Notes: a model not told the origin generated them from the letters alone. A DNA stretch of 64,000 bases from a virus (IMGVR_UViG_3300029288_007102:32001-96000); one strand, 5' to 3'; positions 49,303-60,582 are shown, counted from the stretch's first letter. Program-made: numbers and translations.

Positions 49303-50841
49303 ATGACTGAACCCCTTGTGTCTGTAGTTATTCCTACATTTAATAGGAAAGTTATTGTTCAGCGGGCAATAGAAAGCGTTCTTAAGCAGACCTACAAAAA
49401 TGTTGAAATCGTTGTTGTTGACGATGGCTCAACAGATGGTACTGATCTGATTATAAAAAGAAGCTATAATGCTCCTAACATAAAGTATATTTATAAGGAG
49501 AATGGGGGTTGTGGGTCTGCATTAAATAAGGGCATAAAAAACTCATCTGGGGATTTTATCTGCTGGCTTTCTTCTGATGATTATTATTATGATACAACTA
49601 CATTAGAAACTATGTTGGAGGCATTAAAGGTTAAGCCTGAGGCTATGGTGGCGTATTCAGATTTTTTTATAGAGTATGACAACGCCTCCCCTTTCACGGT
49701 ATCTCACGAAAAGATGACCCTCCATCACGCTAAACATTTTGATACAAAACAAGAAAGATATCTTTATAATTTTAAAGAATGTCTTATGAATGGCTCAACT
49801 ACTATGTTCAGAAAAGAGATCTTTAAAAAGGTTGGGTTGTTTAATGAGTGTTATAAGTACTGTCAAGACTGGGATTTATGGTTTAGGATTCTTTATGATT
49901 ATGAGGTTGAATATATAGCCAAACCATTGACTGTATATAGTGCCCATAAAGATGCTCAAGGTTTAGCGATTATGGATCACAGAAAAGCGTACGAGAGACA
50001 GAAATTTGAGAAAGAAAAGATGCTTGTGGCAAAACATCAAAGATTGTGGCTTAACAGAGGGAATAGGCCTACTGTCTGTGTGATGCTTTGTGTAAAGGAT
50101 GAGGAAGAAATGATTGAACAATGTTTGGATGATATAATCCAATGGGCAGATAAAATTGTTATATTTGATGATGGATCTACCGACAAGACGCCAGAATTAA
50201 TAAGACAGTATCCAAAGGTTGTAGATATATATAGACAGAAAAATAAGGGGAACAAAAGAACGGAGGGGAAGGATAGACAAAAATTGTTAGATATGGCAAA
50301 AAATACCGGGTGCGATTGGTTATTCTTCATTGACACAGATGAGATATGTGAAACCCGGTTTAAGTGGGATATTTACGATCTCATCAGCGATAAGAAGATT
50401 AATCTATATTATATGAAAGAACTTAATTTGTGGAGGAGTCTGACCCATAGAAGAGTCGATGAGATGTACGATAAAGGGTGGTTTGGTAGGATGTTAAGAA
50501 ATTTCCCGGAATTAAAAATCCATTCAGAAATAAACGAGCATTGTTGTGGAATTCCTTATAATATCCCCGGGGCTTCTCCTTGGTATTCTGAAGCAGATAC
50601 TAATTCTAAAAAGATGGATGTTGGGATGATTCATTATGGGTTTGCATATTGGGATAGAACGATTAAGAGATATGCGGCAAGAATGGAAAGAGACCCATAC
50701 AGAAACGATAAAGTCCAGGGAAGATGTATTGGTGGGTGGCTTTACTATGAAAGAATGATTGATGAGACTCATTTAGAGTTGGAGCCTTACGAATACATAA
50801 AGAATCAGATGAAGATAGTTGATGATTATATAATAAAATGA
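49303..50841 (+). CDS. Double GT2 glycosyltransferase
   Basis: VSVVIPTFN..DDGSTD..QDWDLW; VKDEE..DDGSTD..IDTDE..HYG. Confidence 0.85.
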   Translation: MTEPLVSVVIPTFNRKVIVQRAIESVLKQTYKNVEIVVVDDGSTDGTDLIIKRSYNAPNIKYIYKENGGCGSALNKGIKNSSGDFICWLSSDDYYYDTTTLETMLEALKVKPEAMVAYSDFFIEYDNASPFTVSHEKMTLHHAKHFDTKQERYLYNFKECLMNGSTTMFRKEIFKKVGLFNECYKYCQDWDLWFRILYDYEVEYIAKPLTVYSAHKDAQGLAIMDHRKAYERQKFEKEKMLVAKHQRLWLNRGNRPTVCVMLCVKDEEEMIEQCLDDIIQWADKIVIFDDGSTDKTPELIRQYPKVVDIYRQKNKGNKRTEGKDRQKLLDMAKNTGCDWLFFIDTDEICETRFKWDIYDLISDKKINLYYMKELNLWRSLTHRRVDEMYDKGWFGRMLRNFPELKIHSEINEHCCGIPYNIPGASPWYSEADTNSKKMDVGMIHYGFAYWDRTIKRYAARMERDPYRNDKVQGRCIGGWLYYERMIDETHLELEPYEYIKNQMKIVDDYIIK

Positions 50842-50855
50842 AAAGGAGAATATGA

Positions 50856-52760
50856 ATGAAAATAGTCAACATTTCTTTAAATTATGATCCAGCTTGTGCG
50901 GGAGAACTTTTAAGTCGTGTTATAAACAAGAATACGGATCATGTTTGTAGATATATCATTGGGGATTACACAAGATTCCCTGCTGGAAGTAAATTTAACG
51001 AATCTTCTGATATTGTATTTTTTGATAAGTTTAACATAAATGAGGTCCATCAAATATTGAGAGAGGCCGATGTTCTTCACTTTAACCAATATGATTGGAC
51101 AACTAAATGGGAGGATTTATATTGGATTTCGTCTAGAAAATCTTTATATCCTAAAGAGGAACTTCCTGCTATAGACTGGAAATCTTATCTTTCTGGAAAA
51201 GTTGTTGTGTGGCATGGTCATGGTGGGGCTTGGTTGTTAAATCCGGAAAAGCAGATGAAAATCTGTCGTGATGTGGGGGCAGTTCCTATAACATGCTCAC
51301 CTATAGATGAAAAAGTAGCCCCGGGACTTGTTTGGATGCCAAATCCGTTATCAACAGAATCTTCTTATTTAAAACCAAAGGAGAGAAACTGGGATGGAGA
51401 ACTTTTAGGGGGGATGGCATCTGTTGCCGGAGACTATAAAGGAAAAGTTATAGCCGAATATGTGTTTGAATATGTCAATAAAGCTGGTTATCCAGTTAAA
51501 TTTGATTATATAACACAGAAGACTAGAAGAGAGTCTCTTGAACAGAGGAAAAACTGGCATATAACTATAGATAATTGGACACAGGGGTTCTTTGGTTTGG
51601 CTGGGCTGGAAGGGTTAGCTTTAGGTCATATAACTATAGCAAGATTAGATCCTTTAGCTAGAGAAAGATGGGATTCTATGTTCAAGTACGATCCAGTTCC
51701 TGTTGTTGATGTTAAAGGAATGGATGAATGTGGAAAGGTTTTAAGAGATTTGTGTAACGATAGAGCATTAGCAAAATGGATGTCGGTAAAGTCAAGTATG
51801 TGGATACAGAATAATTATTCAGAAAAGAAAATGGCTGATAGATGGATTAAATTTTATGAATCGTGTCCGGTTGCTCATGGGGGTAAAAAAAATATTTCTA
51901 TGTCGACGAATTCTGTTGATACAAGGGAAGCTATAAAAACATCTGAGAAGGAAAGTAAGGTTTTTAGTGTAAGGCCAGTTTTTGAAGAAATTTCAACAGT
52001 TGAAGATCTTGTGAAAAGGGAAAAAGAAGAAAAAGTTATTCTAGCTCCTATAGTAGAGAATGAGAGGGGAACTGTGATAGAGATTCTTCCTGATACTCCA
52101 GCTATTGATAAAATAGAGAAAGATTATCCTGTTTATCATAACTATGTTCATGATCAGTTCGATCAGACAGGAGATCTAAAAAAACCATTAGATAGGATTA
52201 TGGGGAATGAATCAAAAAATGATTACGAACTAGATATGATTAAAAAAGTTATGATGGAAAGGGTGAATTTTAAAGATAAAACCAGAGTTATGGACGCCGG
52301 ATGTGGAATAGGAAGACTGTTTCCTGTATATAAGGAGTTGGGATTTAAGGAAGTTGTTGGGATGGATTATTCAACTTGGATGGTTGAGCAGTGCAGGAAG
52401 AAGTATCCAGATTCAAAAATTTATAATACGGACTTGGAGGCTATGTTTGCCTTCCCGGAGAATTCAGTAAATGTTGCTGTTGCTATGTATGTGTTTATTC
52501 ATATTCTTGATGATGATAAATTAACGAGAACGATAAATGCTATGGAGCATGCAGCGAAGGATCTTATAATAATAGGGCAAGTTATGGACCCTGAGCATTT
52601 AATTTCTACTGAATTTTGTAAAGTTAGGGAAGTGTATGATCTTTATAAGAGGTTTAAGACATTTAAAATGAAAAACTTTTTTAAAGATTATTACTCGGTG
52701 AAAGCCGACGATGGGAGTTGGGAGAATAAGATCTCGTTTCTTGTTATGAGTAAGGTATGA
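50856..52760 (+). CDS. GT-B-like domain fused to class I SAM methyltransferase
   Basis: FGLAGLEGLALG; VMDAGCGIGR. Confidence 0.75.
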   Translation: MKIVNISLNYDPACAGELLSRVINKNTDHVCRYIIGDYTRFPAGSKFNESSDIVFFDKFNINEVHQILREADVLHFNQYDWTTKWEDLYWISSRKSLYPKEELPAIDWKSYLSGKVVVWHGHGGAWLLNPEKQMKICRDVGAVPITCSPIDEKVAPGLVWMPNPLSTESSYLKPKERNWDGELLGGMASVAGDYKGKVIAEYVFEYVNKAGYPVKFDYITQKTRRESLEQRKNWHITIDNWTQGFFGLAGLEGLALGHITIARLDPLARERWDSMFKYDPVPVVDVKGMDECGKVLRDLCNDRALAKWMSVKSSMWIQNNYSEKKMADRWIKFYESCPVAHGGKKNISMSTNSVDTREAIKTSEKESKVFSVRPVFEEISTVEDLVKREKEEKVILAPIVENERGTVIEILPDTPAIDKIEKDYPVYHNYVHDQFDQTGDLKKPLDRIMGNESKNDYELDMIKKVMMERVNFKDKTRVMDAGCGIGRLFPVYKELGFKEVVGMDYSTWMVEQCRKKYPDSKIYNTDLEAMFAFPENSVNVAVAMYVFIHILDDDKLTRTINAMEHAAKDLIIIGQVMDPEHLISTEFCKVREVYDLYKRFKTFKMKNFFKDYYSVKADDGSWENKISFLVMSKV

Positions 52761-52829
52761 AATTTTATCCTATAGTTTTGTGTAGCAAGATGCATAGTCA
52801 GATTTTAAACTTTAATTCAATAGGGATAA

Positions 52830-53482
52830 TTATGGCAGGATCAATAAAGAAATTGGCCGAAAATTGGAGAAAATATTTCCCAAAAAGTAAGGTAAGTGTA
52901 AGTGCAAAGAATGATCATTCTGTTCTTTGTGAAGGATTAAATCTGGTGTATGATATTTGTAAAGAGAAGAGTTATGTCCCTGAGAATATTTTAGATGTTG
53001 GGTGTAGTGATGGGTTTGGAATGAGGATCTTGAAAAATTATTTTCCAAAAGCAAAGGTTTGTGGGATAACAATAAACCCAACAGAGAGCATGTTGGGGGA
53101 AACTGAATACGGCTTTAGTCAAGGGAAAGACATTCTTCTTATGGATATGCATGATATGACGTTTGAAGATAAAAGTTTTGATCTGATATATTGTCGTGAT
53201 GTTTTGGAGCATAGCATTTCCCCGTTGATAGCTTTATATGAAATGAATAGGGTGTTAAAGAATGAGGCTTATGCTTTTATCATTGTCCCGGATGAGAGAT
53301 CAATAGATTTTTTTGGCCATACTTATGTTTTGAATGAAAAACAATTAAAGCATATTTACGATAAAGCTGGGTTTGAGGTTGTCAATTATTCGTTTAGAGA
53401 TTATCCTAAATTCATTTTAGGGCAGAATAGGTATGTTTTAAAAAAAATAAAAGAACCTGTATATAATATTGTTGGATTTTAA
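52830..53482 (+). CDS. Class I SAM methyltransferase (start 52757 or ~52831)
   Basis: ILDVGCSDG, DMHDM.F..SFD, LEH, EMNRVLK. Confidence 0.8.
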
Positions 53483-53502
53483 TTGAAGGGGGAAGGAAAT
53501 AT

Positions 53503-54243
53503 ATGACTGAGGTATTATCTTATACAGATAAGGATATATTAGATTTTGTTGGTTCTGTACAATGGTATCAAGGGGATATAAAATTCCCTAATGGGTTAAC
53601 GACATCATCTCCTTATCCTTGCGATACTATTTTTAATATGTTTGGGGTGAAGGATGAGTACTTTAAAGGGAAAAGGGTTCTAGATTGCTGCTGCAATTCT
53701 GGATATTTTTCTTTTAAGGCGTTAGAGTTAGGGGCAGGGGAAGTTGTTGGCTTTGACAATTCAGAATATTGGATTTCTGTTGCAGAAAAAGTTAAAACTA
53801 TGAAGCTTATAAATAAGGAGCCTCATTATGGGAACAAATTAAGATTTTATGTGGAAAGTTTTAAGGATGTTGCCTGGGATCAGATTGGGAAATTTGATGT
53901 TGTTTTTATGAATTCGTGTCTATATCATATAAATATGGATATTCAGAATATTCTTGATATTCTTTCGGAAGCTTGCTCAGACAAACTTATAATTTTTACA
54001 AAGATATTCACATTTTGGAGTCCTGATTCATCTGAGCTTGGTGCTGATTGGAAGGGGAAATATGTTCCAACTTATGAGATGCTTGATTTTGAGCTATTGA
54101 GAAGGAAGTTTAATTTCATAGAACACTCAGCGTTGAAGAAAGAAGAGTTGAAAGAGGTTGGGGTGGGGATAAGCCTGGATGAGAGAAGGATTTTACAGCA
54201 GAAGTGTAATAAGATTTCTTTTGTAGCTTCAAAAAAGATATAA
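53503..54243 (+). CDS. SAM methyltransferase (CmoB/DUF1698-like)
   Basis: WYQ, GKRVLDCCCNSGYFS, LYH. Confidence 0.75.
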   Translation: MTEVLSYTDKDILDFVGSVQWYQGDIKFPNGLTTSSPYPCDTIFNMFGVKDEYFKGKRVLDCCCNSGYFSFKALELGAGEVVGFDNSEYWISVAEKVKTMKLINKEPHYGNKLRFYVESFKDVAWDQIGKFDVVFMNSCLYHINMDIQNILDILSEACSDKLIIFTKIFTFWSPDSSELGADWKGKYVPTYEMLDFELLRRKFNFIEHSALKKEELKEVGVGISLDERRILQQKCNKISFVASKKI

Positions 54244-54257
54244 CCTGGAGGGACTAT

Positions 54258-54965
54258 ATGTTTGGTAAAAGGAAGAAAGAGTTGGCAAAAGCTTCTATCG
54301 ATTTAAAAAACCATAAATGGTATCAAGGGGGATTAGATTTAGGGGATGGGACCGTTTCAGAAGCACAGGTTGACTGTAATGATATTTGGGTAAAAATGGG
54401 GATTGATAAGAAAGAGATAAAAGGGAAAAGGGTATTAGATATTGCTTGTTGCACTGGGTTTTTTGCGTTTAAGGCGTCTGAGTTGAAAGCAAAGTCTGTT
54501 CTCGGTTTTGATATAAACCAAAATGAAATAGAGATGGCAAACAAAGTAAAATTAAATAAAAAAATTAAAAATATTGAATTTTTATCCTGTCCTTTTGAGG
54601 GTTTTGATTGGGGAAAATATGGGCCATTTGATGTCTCTTTCGCTGTTAGATGTTTATACCACTTAAAAGGGGGGAATATACTTAAAACTATCTGTGACAA
54701 CACAAAGAGCACACTAGTTCTTTTTACTATGTTGTGGAGAGAAGATAACCCAAGCCATATTGGTTTAATCGGATGGGAAGGGCAGACGTGGAGATATATC
54801 CCAACATTTAAACAATTAGAGAAGGATTTGGAGGCTAATGGCTTTAAAATAGAATTGACCTCTGCACTTTTCCCTTGGCAATTAGAGTCCTGTAAGATTG
54901 TAGAATCTGAAAATGTATATGGTAATACGGCCCAGAGAATTATTATTAAAGCAAAGAGGAAGTAG
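54258..54965 (+). CDS. SAM methyltransferase (CmoB/DUF1698-like), paralog
   Basis: WYQ, GKRVLDIACCTGFFA, LYH. Confidence 0.75.
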   Translation: MFGKRKKELAKASIDLKNHKWYQGGLDLGDGTVSEAQVDCNDIWVKMGIDKKEIKGKRVLDIACCTGFFAFKASELKAKSVLGFDINQNEIEMANKVKLNKKIKNIEFLSCPFEGFDWGKYGPFDVSFAVRCLYHLKGGNILKTICDNTKSTLVLFTMLWREDNPSHIGLIGWEGQTWRYIPTFKQLEKDLEANGFKIELTSALFPWQLESCKIVESENVYGNTAQRIIIKAKRK

Positions 54966-54966
54966 G

Positions 54967-55590
54967 ATGGTTATTGGGATAAAAAATATTGAAAAAGAAC
55001 TTTCGAGGAAAAATACAAATTATGTTACCTATTTAGTTCATTTAACTGATGATACGCTTGGGGTTTGGAAACCATATGTTGTAAAAGGGAGATACAGAAC
55101 AGAACTACTTGTGTCAGATATAAACAAGATAATTGGTTTAGATTTGGTTCCAGAAGTGTCAGAAACTATATTTGAAGAAAAAGAAGGGATTGTAAGAAAA
55201 TATATTGAGGGTAAAAAGGGGGATTGTGTTGCTTATAGAACAATTAAAAAATCAGAGCTGCAAAAGTTGGCAATATTAGATTTTATCATATTTAATTGTG
55301 ATCGTGGATGGGGGAATGTTATTATCACAGAACAAGGTAAGATTTATGGGATTGACAATGATGCTACATTTATGGATGTTTTTGGGATTTCTTTGAATAT
55401 GGCTCATCTGATTGGGTGTGATTTGTGTGATGAAGCTTTAGATATGATAAAGGTAATAGACACAAATAAAGAAAAAATATCCGATAGGATGAAAGATTAT
55501 GGAATAACTCCAAGCTTATTCCAGTGGTACGAAAGAAGAGTTAATCTTTTAAATTATGTTGCTGGGCATGTCACTAAGATGGGATGGTAA
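54967..55590 (+). CDS. PI3/4-kinase/HipA-like kinase-fold protein
   Basis: WKP, E, LVP, DFIIFNCDR..N, IDN. Confidence 0.7.
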   Translation: MVIGIKNIEKELSRKNTNYVTYLVHLTDDTLGVWKPYVVKGRYRTELLVSDINKIIGLDLVPEVSETIFEEKEGIVRKYIEGKKGDCVAYRTIKKSELQKLAILDFIIFNCDRGWGNVIITEQGKIYGIDNDATFMDVFGISLNMAHLIGCDLCDEALDMIKVIDTNKEKISDRMKDYGITPSLFQWYERRVNLLNYVAGHVTKMGW

Positions 55591-56324
55591 TTATGAATAT
55601 AGATAAAGTTTTAGATAGGTATCCAAACAAAGGGAGAGGGGTAGATTATGAGGTAGATGTTGTCTCCCTTAAAGATGGAGGGAAGGGGATTTTTAAAGGG
55701 AATATGAAAGCGGATCCTTACTCCATAATTCCGTTAAAAGAAGCCTTAGCGTACAAAGTGGATCAATTTATGAATTTTAATTTAGTGCCTGAGACAGAAA
55801 TCGTCTGGTTTGAAGGCCGGGCTGGTTCTTTACAAAGGTTTGTAAACGGGGTAGATGGACAGAAAGCCATTATCCAAAACAGTTTTAACCCCTCATTTGA
55901 GGAGATGCAAAAGTTAGCTATTTTTGATTTTGTGTTTAATAATTGTGATAGGTGGACTGTCAACTTTCTTTTAGAAGAGGATGGTTCTGTTCATGCAATT
56001 GATAACGCAGGATGTTTCCAAAATAGAGATACTTCTTCCTGTACTATCTATTATTTGCTTGGCCAAAAGATAACAGAAAAAAATTTGGTAATCATTAACC
56101 AGTTAATGAAAAATTGTAAAGAACTTTGCGAATTAATGTTGAGTTTTGAGTATGAGCCGTTAGAGGATGGAAAAAAGGTCAGTTTTAAAGAATTGTTTTC
56201 TGATAGCGTAAGGTTAACGACTAATCATATCTATTTGCTGGCTGGGTCCCAGGGGTGGGTACAGAACATAAATTATAAATTAGGATTGATTGCACCAGAA
56301 GAATTAGGGGTAAAAATGAAATGA
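55584..56324 (+). CDS. PI3/4-kinase/HipA-like kinase-fold protein, paralog
   Basis: FK, EALAY, LVPET, GSLQRFV, DFVFNNCDR..N, AIDN. Confidence 0.75.
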   Translation: MVIMNIDKVLDRYPNKGRGVDYEVDVVSLKDGGKGIFKGNMKADPYSIIPLKEALAYKVDQFMNFNLVPETEIVWFEGRAGSLQRFVNGVDGQKAIIQNSFNPSFEEMQKLAIFDFVFNNCDRWTVNFLLEEDGSVHAIDNAGCFQNRDTSSCTIYYLLGQKITEKNLVIINQLMKNCKELCELMLSFEYEPLEDGKKVSFKELFSDSVRLTTNHIYLLAGSQGWVQNINYKLGLIAPEELGVKMK

Positions 56325-57640
56325 AAATATTATTATTGAGAATGAAAATTACAGATAAAGTTCCTATGCCGGAGGCCCCGCTCGGTCTTCTTTATATTGC
56401 TTCTGTTTTAGAGAATGCCGGACATGAAGTCATTTATAGAGATTTAACTTTTGATGAAATATCAAATGAAGAGTGGAAGATGATAGAAAGAGGGGAGTTT
56501 GAGCTTATTGGTATAACCATGCTCTCTTTTTTAAGGAATCAGGCTTACGATCTAATTAAAAAAGTAAAATCTTTGAATACTGGGGTTAAGATTATCGTTG
56601 GTGGGGTTCATGCTTCAGCAACCAGCCTTCAACTTGTAGACAATTTCCCAATAGATGCTGTTATCTTAGGGGAAGGGGAATTGACGGTCTTAGATATAGT
56701 AGAATGTATGCAAAATAAGGGGAATTGGAGAAAGATTAGAGGAATTGCCACAAAAGAAGGCCGAGTACACGAGCCTCAACCGCTTATTCAGAATTTAGAC
56801 TCTATTCCTTTTCCGGCATTTCATTTAACGGATATTGCAAGATATAAGATGTCTATTGCCTCTTTAAAGCCAGATAAGACTGTTAATGGGATACGGATTG
56901 GGGATGCTAATTGGGTTGGGATGATAGCCAGCCGGGGGTGTGTTGGAAGATGTATATTCTGTAATGCTTTTGATCATTGGGGATTAAAGGTTAGATTTAG
57001 ATCTCCCGAGAATATGCTTAATGAGATAGAATGGCTCCAATATGAGTTCGGGGTGTCTTTAATCGCTTTTAATGATGATGCTTTTCCTATATTGAAAAGG
57101 CAATGTATGGAGTTCTGTAACGGAATCGTAAAAAGAGGAATCAAGATAGCCTGGCAAACGACAACCAGACCGAATGTTTTAGATCAAGAAATGTGTCAGG
57201 CGATGAGGGAATCTGGATGTTTCATGGTCGTAATCGGATGTGAGAGTGGATCTCAAAAGATATTAGATAGGATAAAAAAGTTCATAAAAGTTGAAGATTC
57301 AGTAAGAACGATTAGGATGATATCTGAAAACAGGATGTGGAGTTATGCTCTTCTGATGATAGGAAATCCGGGGGAGTCAGATGGGACTATAGAAGAAACA
57401 ATTCAATTTTTACAGATCTCTAAACCAGATATTGTAAGTTTTGTTTCAGGTGTGATGATAACTCCGGGAACTGAAATGGAGCAGTTAGGGGTACAGGCAA
57501 AACTTCTTAAACCAAATTTTTGGGTTCAGGGGGCTGATGGGTTGCCTTTTTATACAGCTGAAGCTTCTTATGACAAGATATTAGGGTGGTCTAATAAGGT
57601 ATCGAAAGCATATCCTAATAATTTTGATAGATTAAAGTAA
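56321..57640 (+). CDS. B12-binding radical SAM protein (class B methyltransferase-like)
   Basis: PLGLLYIAS, GGVHAS, GEGE, SRGCVGRCIFC, GCESGS. Confidence 0.9.
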   Translation: MKILLLRMKITDKVPMPEAPLGLLYIASVLENAGHEVIYRDLTFDEISNEEWKMIERGEFELIGITMLSFLRNQAYDLIKKVKSLNTGVKIIVGGVHASATSLQLVDNFPIDAVILGEGELTVLDIVECMQNKGNWRKIRGIATKEGRVHEPQPLIQNLDSIPFPAFHLTDIARYKMSIASLKPDKTVNGIRIGDANWVGMIASRGCVGRCIFCNAFDHWGLKVRFRSPENMLNEIEWLQYEFGVSLIAFNDDAFPILKRQCMEFCNGIVKRGIKIAWQTTTRPNVLDQEMCQAMRESGCFMVVIGCESGSQKILDRIKKFIKVEDSVRTIRMISENRMWSYALLMIGNPGESDGTIEETIQFLQISKPDIVSFVSGVMITPGTEMEQLGVQAKLLKPNFWVQGADGLPFYTAEASYDKILGWSNKVSKAYPNNFDRLK

Positions 57641-57656
57641 AGAGGATTTAAAATAT

Positions 57657-58601
57657 ATGAAGATTGCTTTACTTCTCCCGGGGAATCTTGGAACACATAG
57701 GTTAGCGATTGAGTCTATCAAAAAAAACATAGTTGATCCAAACAATGCTGACGTTTTCGTGTTAACGTCAGCTAGCAATAACTATATTCATATGACAAAT
57801 TATGAATATAAGGGGAGAGATTTTCCTATACTTGTTGATGAGGATGATGAGAAAAAGATAAGGGATTGTTTTGGGGATAAGCTAGTTATGTTAAATTATA
57901 TAGAAGATATACAAGGGTATGATGATTTTATGAAAGATCAGATAGAAGACGCAAATAAAAGGTTGGCTTTGTGGTTTGGTCCTACAAATAGAGAGCATAC
58001 ACAGTTTTACGATTTTAAAAATAAGAGGATACTTAATCCCATAAAATATTTAAGTCAATTTTCTTTGATATATTATCTCACTAATTTTTTGATAAAGTAT
58101 GAAAAAGAAAAGAACATAAAATATGATTATATAATTAGGGCTAGGATTGATCAAAACTTTGACAAGAAGATAGAGATATGTGATGGTAAAGAAGGTCTAG
58201 AAAAATTCTTTTGGGTTGAAATGGACAACTTTTATTATGGGACAGCAGATATAATGAAGCTTTCTGGCTTAAATCTTATAAAAGAGATTGGGAGTTTTGA
58301 TAATCGTTGTATTACGGAAAAGGGGGATTATAGAAATACTATAGAGCCACAATTTAGGGAATTTATTAAAAAGTATGCAAAAATTTATGGGGTTGCATTG
58401 AATATAGCAAATATTAGAATAGGGATAAAGGTTTATAGCGAGAGTCAAGTTATCTCTATACCAATATGGAAAGTTTTTATGGATTCCCATCCCCAATTTG
58501 TTTTTGATAAAAATTTAACACCAAGATCTTATAATTTACCGGGAAAGTATAGGGGAGTGAATGAGATGTATCCTTTAGTTTGGACATATTATATATTTTA
58601 G
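57657..58601 (+). CDS. Putative glycosyltransferase-like protein
   Basis: MKIALLLPG..R; YDYIIRARID motif seen in glycan clusters. Confidence 0.55.
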   Translation: MKIALLLPGNLGTHRLAIESIKKNIVDPNNADVFVLTSASNNYIHMTNYEYKGRDFPILVDEDDEKKIRDCFGDKLVMLNYIEDIQGYDDFMKDQIEDANKRLALWFGPTNREHTQFYDFKNKRILNPIKYLSQFSLIYYLTNFLIKYEKEKNIKYDYIIRARIDQNFDKKIEICDGKEGLEKFFWVEMDNFYYGTADIMKLSGLNLIKEIGSFDNRCITEKGDYRNTIEPQFREFIKKYAKIYGVALNIANIRIGIKVYSESQVISIPIWKVFMDSHPQFVFDKNLTPRSYNLPGKYRGVNEMYPLVWTYYIF

Positions 58602-58617
58602 ATTAGGAGGGGTAGAA

Positions 58618-59361
58618 ATGGACACAAAAACAATGACAGCAGATTTGGCAATGATTGAGGCGGAGAAATGGGTAGAATTTAACAAAATAAATCCGGAGAC
58701 TATAGAACTTAACCATCCTCCTTCTGATTATACTCTTTTTGCTCAGAGTCGCACAGAGATAAAGGAGTTTGCTCAAGTTCTTGAGAAAATGGATAAAAGA
58801 GATATTGCTTTAGAGACAGGGGTATTTTACGGGGGCACTTTCTTTTTCTGGAAATTGTTTTTTGACCATGTGATAGGAATAGATATAAATCCTAAAAGTT
58901 GTGAGTTTGTAGGGAGAAAGTTAAAAGATTATGGCTGTGATCCCGCTAAACACAATCTTGTTTGTGGCGATGCTCATAATGTAGAGACTGAAGATAAGAT
59001 TAAAGAGATTCTCCAGGGGAGAAAAGTAGATCTCCTTTTTATTGACGGTTCTCATTCTTGCAGATCAATATTAAATGAATTTTTATGTTATGGAGCTCAT
59101 GTTCGAAGCGGAGGAATTATTGCAATCCACGATGTAGGGCAGGAAGCTTTTCCTGTCTGTGGGCACATTAAACCTGAGGAAAGGAATCATCTTTACTCTC
59201 TTAAAAATAATGTTTGGGTGAATTCTAACTGGGTATTTACGGAAATGAATTGTTGTGCAGTCCATTTAATGAGGGATCACGAAAGATATGGGGTTTCTAG
59301 GATGCAATTTATTCACCCTGAAATTCACCGTAGTGGTATTGGTTGGTGCATAAAGAAGTGA
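58618..59361 (+). CDS. Methyltransferase (Methyltransf_24-like)
   Basis: LETGVFYGG, DLLFIDGSH, GGIIAIHD. Confidence 0.8.
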   Translation: MDTKTMTADLAMIEAEKWVEFNKINPETIELNHPPSDYTLFAQSRTEIKEFAQVLEKMDKRDIALETGVFYGGTFFFWKLFFDHVIGIDINPKSCEFVGRKLKDYGCDPAKHNLVCGDAHNVETEDKIKEILQGRKVDLLFIDGSHSCRSILNEFLCYGAHVRSGGIIAIHDVGQEAFPVCGHIKPEERNHLYSLKNNVWVNSNWVFTEMNCCAVHLMRDHERYGVSRMQFIHPEIHRSGIGWCIKK

Positions 59362-59415
59362 ACAGGAAAGGGTTTTAGGTTGATTATATAAAGAGACTTA
59401 AGGAAGGGGAATGAA

Positions 59416-60582
59416 ATGAGAATCGTATCAGTTGCGGGAATTCGGCCAGACTTTATCCGGATGGCTAAAATAATTAGAGGTTTAGATGGCTGTGGTGGGA
59501 TAGAGCACATTTTGATTCATACTGGGCAACATTATAGCCACAATGTTAATGACATCTTCTTTGAGCAATTAAATATAAGAAAGCCGAACGTCAATCTTGG
59601 CATAAAATCAGGATCTTATGCAGAACAGACGGCAAAGTTGCTTGTGGCTTTAGAGAAAGAGCTGATTCGACTTAAGCCAGACGCTGTCCTTTTCTTAGGG
59701 GATTCAAATACTGCCTTGGGGGCCATTACCTCTGCAAAAATGAACATCTTTACGATTCATATTGAAGCCGGGATGAGATCTCATGATTGGCGTATGCCAG
59801 AAGAAAAGAATCGGGTGATAGTTGATCGACTCTCTAATTTACACTATGTGTATACAGAAAGATATAAAGAGAATCTGTTATATGAGGGATTTAACCCTGC
59901 CAATATTGTAGTTGTAGGTAATCCTATTGTAGATATTGTTAATAAATATAAAGACCAGGCTGCTAAGAGTGGGATTATACAGAAACTTAAATTAAAATAT
60001 GGTGAATATTTTCTGACAACCATTCATCGGGCTGAAAATGTGGATGATAAAGAAGTGTTAACTGAAATTCTTATGGGGCTAGGAATGGTGTACCGAAAAT
60101 ATAAGAAGCCGATAATTTATCCTATGTATTATAGGACCCAGAAGAGAATAAAGGAAATGGGGTTGGCTAACCAGATCCCTGAGGGTATTAGGGTTATGGA
60201 TCCTTTAGGGTTCTTTGAGTTTTTGGATCTGGAGGCCCATTCTATGTGTAATATAACAGATAGTGGGACTGTGCAGGAAGAAAGTCTGGTTTTGCGTACT
60301 CCTTGTGTTACTGCTAGATGGTCAACAGAACGGCCAGAAACAGTTGAGGTTGGGGCAAATATTGTTGCAGGTATTGAGGCGGGAGGAGTTTACCAGGCTG
60401 TAGTATCTATGGTTTCGTCTCAGCGGAGTTGGGACACATCAATACTGGGGGATGGGGAATCTAGTGTAAGGATTGTAGAAGATATAAAGGATAGGTCTGG
60501 GCAGATAATAAATAAAGAGCATCTCTTAATGGATCCTTTTGATTTTAGGAAAAGGAACTGTTTTGTGAAACGAGGGGCTTAA
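59416..60582 (+). CDS. wecB: UDP-N-acetylglucosamine 2-epimerase (non-hydrolysing)
   Basis: GIRPDFIRM, HTGQHY, GDSNT, HIEAGMRS, PEEKNR, TDSGTVQEE, TERPE. Confidence 0.92.
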   Translation: MRIVSVAGIRPDFIRMAKIIRGLDGCGGIEHILIHTGQHYSHNVNDIFFEQLNIRKPNVNLGIKSGSYAEQTAKLLVALEKELIRLKPDAVLFLGDSNTALGAITSAKMNIFTIHIEAGMRSHDWRMPEEKNRVIVDRLSNLHYVYTERYKENLLYEGFNPANIVVVGNPIVDIVNKYKDQAAKSGIIQKLKLKYGEYFLTTIHRAENVDDKEVLTEILMGLGMVYRKYKKPIIYPMYYRTQKRIKEMGLANQIPEGIRVMDPLGFFEFLDLEAHSMCNITDSGTVQEESLVLRTPCVTARWSTERPETVEVGANIVAGIEAGGVYQAVVSMVSSQRSWDTSILGDGESSVRIVEDIKDRSGQIINKEHLLMDPFDFRKRNCFVKRGA

